From Geosiphon pyriformis uo1 (lineage: Eukaryota; Fungi; Glomeromycota), in NCBI GenBank assembly GCA_016748015.1, contig JAAOMT010000379.1, positions 172,042 through 236,041 of the forward strand: a stretch of 64,000 nt of DNA. Direction: 5' to 3'. Made by a program: the position numbers and the translations under genes. This document shows, in pieces, positions 1 through 11,300 of this stretch (within the stretch, counting starts at the first letter, position 1; each line of letters opens with the position of its first letter). Below the pieces are notes generated by a model that was given only the letters and a program-made list of their open reading frames with translations, had not been told where the DNA came from and searched no databases.

Positions 1-156
1 AAGAGATCCATCGGTAACCAGCAAAATGGTGACTTTTCGTCTGGTACAATTAATGGAGGTTTCAACGATAAGAGATCCATAGGTAATCAACAAAATGGTC
101 AGTTTTCGTCTGGTACAATTAATGGAGGCTTCAACCATAATGGTAATCTCTATTAG
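1..156 (+). CDS. 3' end of a Kex2-processed repeat protein (KEP-like precursor), 23-aa repeats delimited by KR; 5'-truncated by the window
   Basis: Frame 1 reads KR-SIGNQQNGDFSSGTINGGFND-KR-SIGNQQNGQFSSGTINGGFNHNGNLY*. It is a 69-bp tandem repeat whose differences are mostly synonymous (ATC/ATA, AAC/AAT, CAG/CAA, GGT/GGC). TAG at 154-156. Confidence 0.75.
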   Translation, partial: KRSIGNQQNGDFSSGTINGGFNDKRSIGNQQNGQFSSGTINGGFNHNGNLY

Positions 157-1019
157 GTATTATTACGATGCATTCGGTTGTATTTTATCTGATTAGTTTT
201 TAAATAATATAATTTAGGAAAAGATCAAAATTAAATCTCAAATAGATAAAAAATGCCTTTATAAATAGTTTCGCTTTCAATTTTTATAATAGACTTCTAT
301 CATATCAGATTTTAAATTTTGTTATTTGATACAAATAACGCTATTTTTTTTGGGTTTAAAAATTTTCAATCAGTTGCAACTCAAGATTAATAAAAAATAT
401 AACTTTTAATGGATTATTCTTAAGATTGGTTTCATTTAACTATATCTTATTCCATTCTTTTTTTCTCATCATCTCTCAACTGTAACTGGAATTATAAAAA
501 TAAAACTTAGCCAAACAAAATAATTTAATTCAAAAAGTTTGAATTACCTTCATATAAAATAAAAAAACAACTCAATTTAAAACTTAAGAAATTCTATAAT
601 AGTTGGTTTTCTCGGGAATTTGATATAATACCAGAATAATAACCATATCTATGGCATGCATTTTTATTCATAGAAAATCAGAAAAAAAAAGGCTAAATAA
701 ATTTTAAATTAAAACAAGGCTACCCGTTTTCATTTATGCTTATCGTGATATTTATTTGATAAAATATAATGTTATCATACGGCGGTTCAAGTTTTTTTTT
801 AGGCTTATTTTTATGATAACAAAAATAAGATTCGAATTTAATAAAAATCATATTCTGAAGTTTTTTATTATTCTTTGCCTTATTTCAGTATTCAAAACAA
901 GAAGGACAATTAAATAAAATTTGCTAATTTTAAGTGAATTAATTGAATAGTGGTTGCCTCTATATTAGGGTATCATCATAATATTAAATATTACTAGTGA
1001 CGCAATATTTTCTCATTAT

Positions 1020-2368
1020 GGGATGGAATATTCCATGCTCATTCGCAAATTTTAGCAGCAAGATCACCATATTTTGGGTTAAAAGGGAAAACAATGCCAT
1101 TATATTCGCAAAACCTAATATTTCACCTAATATTTTTGAAATAATTCTCAGGTAAGGGTTTTCATTTGCTTCAAAGTATTTTGGCCAACATAAATTCATA
1201 TTTGTTATTTTCCTGTTCAGATATATTTATAACGGCGAGATCTCTCTTGATAAACATGGGGCACTTATCATTTTAGAATTGCTTATTACCGCTGACGAAC
1301 TTATTCTAGAGAATTTTGTTAATTCCCTTGAAGACTATTTGATTGAACACCATGCAAAAGAGCTAGAAAACAATTTCACCACTTTGCAGAAAACTTCATT
1401 TATGCATGATTCTCTCAAAAAATTACAAAATTTCTGCACCGCCATAGCTGCTAACAATCCAGCTATAGCCTTTAACTCGCAAGATAACTCTTTCCTCAAT
1501 TTTAAACCGGGATGACCTAAATATAGAAGAATTTAAGATATGGGAAAAGATTGTGGAATGGGGAGTTGCTAAATTAGAACCAAATATTCAGATGAAAAAA
1601 GTTCTCAACTGGACAGATGAAAAATTTAACGCCTTTAAGGAATCCATTTAAAGACTTCTACCTTTAATCTGCTTCTTTAACATATCTTCAGTTGACTTTT
1701 ATCACAAAGTAAAACCTTTTGCAAGAATCTTACCTGGAACTTTACATGAAGATCTTTTACATCATTATCTTGTACCGGGTAGCCATCAAAAGTCTGTAGA
1801 CGCTCAGAAAATACGTTTTTCTCGATCAAATGTTGATTCAAAGCTTTTTCAATCGCATAATATAAAACAGCTCGATCATTGGATTCAAGGCAAAGATAAA
1901 AATACTCCTTTTGATAATCGAATTGGAAATAGTTTCAATTGTTACTTCGAGGCAGTCAAGACTGATTCACTCCAGCCAATTTTCATCCATTATGCGATGA
2001 TAAAGGAGCAACAGTAAGCGTAATCAAAGTGAAAGGAACTGGTCAGCTAATTGGCGGCTATAACCCACAATGGTGGCATTCTAAGAATACTTGGTTGGAG
2101 GGGAAAGAAAGTTTTATTTTTTCCCTTGGAGATGGCAAAGCTGGAAATGCTAAACTTGGCCAGAATTGGACCTTATGGTTAGTTAAATCATGGACCCTAT
2201 TTTGGAAATGGTAATATTGGTTTGTGGGGCAATGACTTTAAAAGTGGTTCAGGATGCCATTGTAAAAAAGTAACAGATTATGAGCATGCTATAATGCCTG
2301 GGTAAGAAAATCATATGGTGAATTTCTCATTGAAGGAGTATGAAGTTTTTCAAATAATAAAAAGATAA
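1020..2368 (+). pseudogene. BTB/POZ-BACK-TLDc domain gene, disrupted
   Basis: IFHAHSQILAARSPYF...KPNISPNIFEIILR|YIYNG (BTB; intron 1152-1220), DDLNIEE.KIWEKIVEWG (BACK), LLRGS..FHPLCDDKGATVSVIKVKGTGQLIGGYNP..HGPYFG..EYEVFQI* (TLDc). Contains deletions, frameshifts and in-frame stops. Confidence 0.85.
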
Positions 2369-2740
2369 ACTAGCTTTTATTTAATTTGATTATAAGAATG
2401 ATAAGAATAATAATTGGTATTAAAAATACTCTAATTCGAATTTTGAATTTTTATTCTTTTGTGAGTTATTATCTATATTATATATTATATTTCTTAAAAT
2501 TATGAAATTTAATTAATTTTTGATATTTACAAAAGTTTTTAAATTATTAGATTGATATCCATGTATATAGAGCAATAACAGGAATTAGAATATAAATTGC
2601 TCAATCTGAAATTCCTAAAGATGTCACACAAAGCAAATTTAATTTATGAAGCATTACTTACTAGACAATGCTAAGCCTCTATTCATTCGTTGGAAAACTT
2701 TATTCTTTTGAAAATTCAGAAAATTCAGAAAATATTAAAT

Positions 2741-4896
2741 TTAAATGATATCAAAGATTATACCTGAAATGACAATAAATGCCTTGTGATCTTGAGAAAT
2801 TTTGTTTGATAGCATAGTCTCAATTTCGGGATGCCTCGGAATAAAACGAACAAAATAAGGTTTAGGAAATTGAAATATAGACTCGGGAGAAGTGCTCAAG
2901 TCAATAGGAATAGATTTTCCCATTGAATCTTGATTTGCATTTTCGATTTTAAAAGCCCAGAGTAGCATGCTTGAGAGATAGAGTAATTCGAGTTCAGCCT
3001 GTACAGAGTTTTTATTTTAAAAAAAAAAGGAGAAATTAGATATTCGTTCCAAAATCTCTAATTGACCATTGAAACTTACTAAATAAATTCCGGTACATGT
3101 TCGTCTTCCAACTGAAAATGTATAATGATCTCGAGTTTTATAGGAACCTTTTGCCGAAATGGCAAAAACTTCTTTTGAGTCCATAAATCGATCTGGATTG
3201 AAAATATCGGGATTTTTGTACCGATTCTTGTCCGAGTTCAAAGCGTAAATATTCAAAACAATTCTTGAATTTTTTGGAATTTGATATCCCATATATGTAT
3301 CATCTTGCTCAAGATACCTAAAGACTGCTCGGACCTAGAAAAAATAGAGATACCATTCATTAATTTTTGAAACAGCATGGCATTAAACGATATTAAAAGA
3401 ATGTTTCAGAACCGGAGGAGCCCAACGAAGAGTTTCTTTAATGAGGGATTGGATATATAAAAGGGAACTAAAGTCGGAAGTAGTTGGCAAACGTTTATCT
3501 CCAACTGCTATATCTAATTCTTCATGAGCTTTTTTCTGAAACTCTGGATTGTTTGCCAAATTTGCAATAAGCCAACCAATATTATTTGAAACAGTTTCCT
3601 ATTATATATTTATAAACTAATCGTTAATACTCAATTCTTTTAAACAAAAAAATAGTTAGATTAAAATAAAATATAATTTATGACTTACTGTTCCTGCAAT
3701 TAAAAAAAGTTCACACAATTTAATCACATCTAATTCATCCATTAACCCTTCATCCTGCCTCATCAAAAAATCTCGAGCAACACATGGCTTCTTTTCTGGA
3801 TCATTTTCTACCCTTTTCAACAAGCCTCGCGTTACTGCTTCCCACTCTTCACGTAATTTAAGAGTTTTTAAATACTCCTTTCGAAAGGGAGGAAATGAAT
3901 ATAGAATTGGGTAATTATTTGCAAATAGAGTTTTGAGTGTCGCTAGTTCAAAGGTTGTATTAAAGAATTGGACTAACTGTTTATAAAGGGGATCTTGTAA
4001 ATTTTCAAATTTAATTCCAAAAATAACATTTACAATAATATTAAATGATGTGAAATGGAGGTAATGAGAAGGATTGATTCCTTTTGGTTTATTATTAGTA
4101 TCCTTTAAAATCATCAAGACCAGGTCGTGGGTGCATTCAGCTATAAGACTAGAGTAAGATTCGACTTTTCTTTGATTTAAAAAATCGTGTACTTTTGAAG
4201 GTAACAAAAAAAAATTCAAAATTAACTCTGAAAAATATTTTTGAGGATAAATAAAGGTAAAAATTTTGTTTCCTAACCTAACGGCGTCATTTTTCTATAC
4301 CATTCATTATAAGGTGAAGAAGAAAAACCCTTATTGCGGCGTAAAAGGTTAAACAAATATTGACTTGGATGAGAAGAATAAATCGCACCTCCTATTAATT
4401 GATAAATTGATTAATTTCGAAATAGTTATAAACTCTTTGATAAAAAAAAGCAGAGTCACGTTTTAAAAGAAGGTCGTCAACGACTTGAACATTATTGAGG
4501 ATAATCCAACGCATAGGACCAAAATAAATCATGAATATGTCACCACACGTTTCCCTCCATTCAACAAATCTATAAATAATAATAATAATTTAATCTTTAT
4601 TAATAAAATGAGTGATTATAACATTTAATTCTAATAAATATGAAATTAAAAAAGGACGCAAACTTTTGAGCCATATTACTTCTCAGCAAAAAAAGGTGTC
4701 CTAATCAAATTTTTTTAAAAAAAGTCAAAAATTTGGGAATTTTCTATAAAGAAAAAACCCAAAAATTTTTACCAAAAACCGGAATTGCTCCTGGTGGCAC
4801 AGGCAACTGCTTCCCATCATATATTTTTGCTTTCGAAGATTTGATTTTATAAAAGTAAAATGCGACAATTAAAACGATAATGTAAAAGAAAGCCAT
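2741..4896 (-). CDS. Cytochrome P450, multi-exon, apparently intact
   Basis: ATG at 4896; N-terminal TM MAFFYIIVLIVAFYFY; proline hinge PVPPG; I-helix AGT|ETVS across an intron; ExxR (ETLR); PDRF; heme motif FSVGRRTCTG; GT-AG introns. The 3' end could be spliced further. Confidence 0.92.
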
Positions 4897-7099
4897 AGTA
4901 AACTGTAATATTCAAAATCTCTTATGGATTTTAAATGTATAGTAACATTTCAGCGTTTTTAGGTTTAGAGAGGAAACTATTTATACAAATTCTGGTGAAT
5001 ATCTCTATCTGTTCATCATCAGGGTTTTTTTGATTTGCATAACTTTTGTTTATTAAGCTATTTTCTCTATATTAAAACTATCATCAAAACAGTTTTTATA
5101 TAAACAGGCCTGAATTATTATTTTTTCTAACAAATAGGGTAAATATAATCAATTTGTAAATTTTAATAAGTCAACATTTGACTTTTTTCCTGATGAAAAA
5201 GCTTTAAGCAAACAACCTATCCAAATATCCCCATGATTTCAATGAATGGCAAACATGTGGAATAAAATATTAATGCTTAGATACAGAAGCTGTTTTTCTT
5301 TATATTTTAAAAAAACTTTACGAGACCTTTTCAATTAATGAATCTATTACTAGAGTTTTTTAAATTTCACAAGCTCATTAGATTATATGAGAAAATGAGA
5401 GACCAAAAATTCTCGTCCATAATGTATCGTGCTGCCTTGTAAAAATCATCTTTTACCAAGTTAAAGATGATTTAAAATATATTGAACCCTCAAATTTTTA
5501 TATAACAATAAAAATAGTAAAAATAATAATGGGGCTATATTGATTTGTATACAATTAGTGATATTTTATTTATTATATTATTTAATTATAAAATCACGTT
5601 AAAAATGTCAATTAATGAGATATATTTAAATTTCTTTTACCTAGCTTTAGTACCATTACTTATCATCAAATCTAGTATTTGTTTGTATTGGAAAAAAATG
5701 TAAATTTATTTACTTTCTATCGACACGAAATCACAAATGATCCGAAAATTACCCCAAAATTTTATTTTAGTGCTTTTCTTCTTTTTCATATGAATCAAAA
5801 AAACATAAAGATTTATCTAATCTCAATTGTAGAAAGTTATAAATTGATAAAGGAAAAAAAGTTTTAATTATCTCAAATTAAACATAATGTTTCATTATCT
5901 TTTAATCTTTTAATCTTCTAATATTCATAAAAAGGAAATTTTAAAAGTCAATAGAAAATCTCTGATCGTGTTTGATAAACAAGCTTTAACTTGAATTTGA
6001 CACGCGAGTAAAATCACAAGCCTCTTTCTTATATTCAAGCTCATGATTCAAGAGAAAAATCAAGCTCTGATTGATAATCTAACACTACCCCAAATTATTA
6101 TCTAAACTCATCAATTAATCCAAAAACGAAAAAGTAATAGAATAGAACTTTGAGAGATTTCATGGAATATTTAAGAGATTATGATGGTAAAAAAGTTACC
6201 TTAAGGTAAAAGAAATCAGTTCGTCTATCATATCTTCCTAAGGAACCTTGTTTGTTTTTCTTATAAAATAAGATCTCACGATATTTTAAATATGTTCCAT
6301 TTTAGAAGGTGCCCAATCTAATCACCCCAAAAAAAAGGTTTTTTTGATATCTAGTGTTTAATTTGGTTATGGTATGGTGTAATATAAAAATTTTTCCTCA
6401 GTCGCTTAGAGATATTAAGGTCTGTTTTTTCTATACTAATTTTCAAAGATATTTATGTTTATGAAGATAACCATCTTTCTAAAAAAATTTAACACATCTC
6501 TTGCGTAGCTAAGGTATAAGGAAAAGAAAATACGAGGGATGGAATTTTACTCGTCCTAATATTTTAATGTATCTTTCATGTTTTTCACATAAATTTCAGC
6601 TGAAAATATTCATATTAATTGAATAAAGTGCTTTTGAAAAGATTTGCTTATAATTATGAAATAGATTAAACATTATCCATTAAAACTAAATTAAATTGTT
6701 TCTTATGAAAATATATGAATGATACTTAAAAAATTAATTTTTTATTTTTATTTTTTAAGTAAATCTTAATATTTGTATAAAATTTATATTTTTTTAATTT
6801 CAATTGATGATTATTTGTGTATACTATAAAAGATTTTTTAAAATATTAAAAATCAAAACATAAATGATTTAATTGGAATAATTTAAAGTTTTTTTTTTAT
6901 ATTTTTAACTTTTTATTTATCAATAACATTAATAACATTTGGTTATTTAAAAAAATTTATTATAATCAAATATTTATTCTAAAATAAAAATAATATTATA
7001 AAGATATTTATAAAACAAATGCATAAAATAATTTATTATACATCAAGTTTTTTACATAATTTATTTTTAACATCTCAAATTTATGATTTATTATACATC

Positions 7100-7300
7100 G
7101 TTTTACTTTGTGATAAAAGTCAACTAAAGATATTTTAAAGAAACAGATTAAAGGTAGAAGTCTTTCAATGGATTCCTTAAAGGCGTTAAAGTTTTTATCT
7201 GAATATTGTTATCCAATTTAGCAACTCCCAATTCCACAATCTTTCCCCATATTTCAGATTCTTCTATATTTAAATAATCCTGGGCTAAATTGAGGAAAGA
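7100..7300 (-). pseudogene. Inverted partial copy of the BACK-domain segment of the BTB-TLDc gene (about 1490-1715)
   Basis: Reverse complement aligns with 1490-1715 (e.g. tttaacgcctttaaggaatccatt, gttgacttttatcacaaagtaaaac). Confidence 0.8.
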
Positions 7301-8301
7301 GCATTTTCACTAAGGGATTGATAATGAGATAAATGTTAAAGAATTTGTTGAAATGGTATCAAAGGTTCGAAATTATAATTACGCTTCTGATTCAAGCAAT
7401 GACCAAAAAAACTGGTATAAATCTAAAGATATTTACTAATTTTCTAATAAATATTTGTCTAATCAAGATGATACATTGATCAAACTTTTTTACTTGGAAT
7501 TGCACACATTAAAAACAAATATGGAATACTTGAACCTTTGTTCTGTTTTAGCGATGTTAACATTATTAATAAAGGTAGAATCCGATGAAAAAACTTTCAA
7601 AGTGATCTTAACTGTCATTTTCTTATAAAAGAAATTTCAGATTTTGACATTAAATTAGTGTTGAAGCATTAAGGTCAAAGGTTGTTAAGTTAGCATTTTA
7701 CTAGTTTGTTAATTAAGAAAGTAGAATAAGGTTTCATAAAAATTCAGGGTTACTATTAAAAATAAACATTACAATCATTTGCCAAGATTGATTTTCTCAC
7801 AAGTTTTTGACTTTCAGAATAACTCAGACAATATAAAGTTGATCAATAATTTGATTAATTGAATTTTTTGCTTCTCTATTTTTCCAAACCTTATATTTCA
7901 CATTTTTGGTTAAAGATTAAATCTTTATAGCTTAAACTCTACATCCAATACAGGATATCAGCTTATTAATTATATCATTCTCTGTTTTAAAAGAGAGTTT
8001 AGCATAGGATGTAAATAAAGTATTCTAATTTCAAATTGGCTATATATCGTATGAAAATAAATTTTTCTGGAAACTGAAACTAAAACGAAAAGTTCAAATT
8101 TTTTGTCAAAGAGTTTAGTCGTCAGAAATCTATAATACTTTTATATTATTAAACTGTTATTTTGATGAATGCTGAAATAAAAATTGGAGTAGGTGAATTA
8201 AAATAAATACGTTTTAAATTCCCTTAACTAATAAAATTATATATTATAATTTTTATAAATGACCAATTCTTCGTTCATCTATTTCAAACCAGAATGAAAT
8301 A

Positions 8302-11300
8302 TCAAATAGCACAATCCAGAGCTGGAAAAAAAGACTTTTAAATTAAAAAAAATTCTTAGCCATTAATTATGATAAATGAAAGTCTTACCATTCGTTGAAA
8401 ATCTAGATTTTGGGATTAATCGGCTTCTATATCTTGTCGCATCATGTTGAGCACCTTTTATCTCTTCGGAATAAACTCTTTTCTCACGGACGGTTTCACT
8501 TAAGTTACAGTTATCGCGAGCAGCAATAACTCTTTGTTGAAGTTCTTCTGCGGTGTCACGGTATTGGGGATCCCAATGCCAATTTTTTTCAATCATTTTC
8601 TGAATACATTCAGGTGTATGTTTCTTGATTATAGGACGCTTTCCATCAATCACAGCAAATTGAACGTTAATAGGATATGTGTCGTGCAAAGGTCTTTCTC
8701 CCGAAATAATTTCACAGGAAATGATAGCAAAGCTGTATATATCGCTATACTTAGTATGAGAACCCCCTTTGCAAATTTCGGGCGCAAGATACTCGAGAAC
8801 ACCAAAAATTTTTCCAGACCGTGGAGCATAATCTGCAGGACGACAGAGTCCAAGATCAGAAATGACAACTTTTAAGGGATTTTTTTTCAAAACAAGAATA
8901 TTTCCAGGATGTAAGTCCCCATGCACCAGTTTTGATTCATGAATAAATCTTAGGCCACCAGCGATTTGAAAAAGAATACAAAGAAACATGTCCCAAGTAA
9001 GATTGTCTTCGTTCAACTTGAGAAAAGCATTGAGATCCCCGTGTTCCGCAAACGGTAAAACCATACCATATCCATTGGTTGTAACATCTTTGGTTATTCC
9101 ATAGCATTCAAGGATGTATTTGCAAGTGGCACTCTTATGATGCGCAATAAACTATACAAATATAGTTTTTAGTGTTAGAAAAGAAAGAGGGATAATAAAA
9201 ATCACATAGATTTCTTAAAAGGAAATACCTCATCTGAATTGATATGTTCAATATTTTGGCTATCTTTAAGATATTTCAAAGCAACCTTTGTAACACCAGT
9301 TCGTTCATACTTTTGAATTTTCTCGTCCCAAAATAGAATTCTGCCTCTCTCCCATCTACCTTCTTTCACAGTACCAAATCCTCCCGCTCCTACCTGATCT
9401 AAATATATAATCTCATCAGGAGAAATCCATTCCAAACAGCCTCTGCAGTTTTCAGAATTTCGCTGTGTGTATAGTATATACTGATCAATATTATCATTTC
9501 CACTTTTCCATGTGTCCCAAATCTGTGAAAATCGTGATGTTTCACAAGATACACACCAAAGTGGATCTTTTAATGTTCTATAGCATTCTAGACATTTCGG
9601 CAATCCGGCTTTAAAGATATCCTCCCTTTTATATGTATCACAAAATGGACATATAGGAGATCCATCAATGATTATGCCCAAGTTGCCACATTTAAAACAC
9701 TTGAATTCATCCGAGAGCTGGTCAAAAAAACCTTCAAAATTTAAAAATTCCTGCGAATTATCTGGATATTTAAAGCCTCGATTTTGGAATCGTAAAAGTT
9801 TATATTCCAAATTGTTTTGATCCACTAAAGTAAGGTCATGAACATTTAAATCAACAAAATCACTATGAAAACAAAAGCTATTCGCTTCTGCTGCTTTTAA
9901 ATAGAGTTCAAAGGCTTTTCCTAGGTTTCTTGTGGTTCCCCATCCACTTTGATAACACCATCCAAGGTTATATTTTGCATTTTGATTTCCCGCCTCTGCT
10001 GTTTTTAAAAAGGATTGAAACGTTTCTTCCAGATTTTTCACTATTCCCCATCCATTTTGCTGATCTTTTATCGTTTCTTGTTCATTTAGACGATATTCTC
10101 TAAGAGCGATATGTCCAAGTAAACTTCCTGCCTTTGCTGCTTTTGAATAGATTTCTAATGCTTTTTCTGAATTTTTTATCGTTCCCCTTCCATTGGCATA
10201 ACAATTTGCAAGATTGTATTGTGCATTTAAATGTCCCATCTCTGCTGCTTTTGAATAGAGATCAAATGCTTTTTCCTCATTTTTTATCGTTCCCCTTCCA
10301 TTGGCATAACAAAGTGCAAGATTGTATTGTGCATTTAAATGTTCCATCTCTGCTGCTTTTGAATAGAGTTCAAATGCTGTTGCTAAATTTTTTGTCGTTC
10401 CCCTTCCATTATCATAACAAAGTGCAAGATTGTATTGTGCATTTAAATGTCCCGCCTCTGCTGCTTTTGAATAAAGTTCAAATGCTTTTTCTGAATTTCT
10501 CGTCGTTCCTTTTCCATTAGCATAACAAAGCGCAAGATTATATTGTGCAAGTGTATTACCCTCCCCTGCAGCTTTTGAATAGAGTTCATATGCTTTTTCT
10601 GAATTTTTTGTCGTTCCCCTTCCATTAGCATAACAAAGTGCAAGATTGAATTGTGCATTTAAATGTCCCGCCTCTACTGCTTTTGAATAGAGTTCAAATG
10701 CTTTTTCTGAATTTTTTGTCGTTCCCCTTCCATTAGCATACCAATTTGCAAGATTGTATTGTGCATTTAAATGTCCCGCCTCTGCAGCTTTTAAAAAGAG
10801 TTTAAATGCTTTTCCCTCATTTTTTGTCGTTCCCCTTCCATTAGCATAACAATTTGCAAGATTGAATTGTGCATTTAAATGTCCCATCTCTGCTGCTTTT
10901 GACCAGAGTTCAAATGCTTTTTCTGGGTTTTTTATCGTTCCCCTTCCGTTAGCATACCAATTTGCGAGATTGTATTGTGCATTTAAATGTCCTCCCTCTG
11001 CAGCTTTTGAATAGAGTTTAAGTGCTTTTTTTGAATTTTTTGTCGTTCCCCTTCCATTAGCATAACAAAGTGCAAGATTGAATTGTGCATTTAAATGTCC
11101 CGCCTTTGCTGCTTTTGAATAGAATTCAATTGCTTTTTCTGAATTAGTTATCGTTCCTCTTCCATAATCATAACAAAGCGCAAGATTGTATTGTGCATTT
11201 AAATGTCCCGCCTCTGCTGCTTTTAAATAAAGTTTAAATGCTTTTTTCTCATTTTTTGTCGTTCCCCTTCCGTTGGCATAACAAAGTGCAAGTTTGTATT

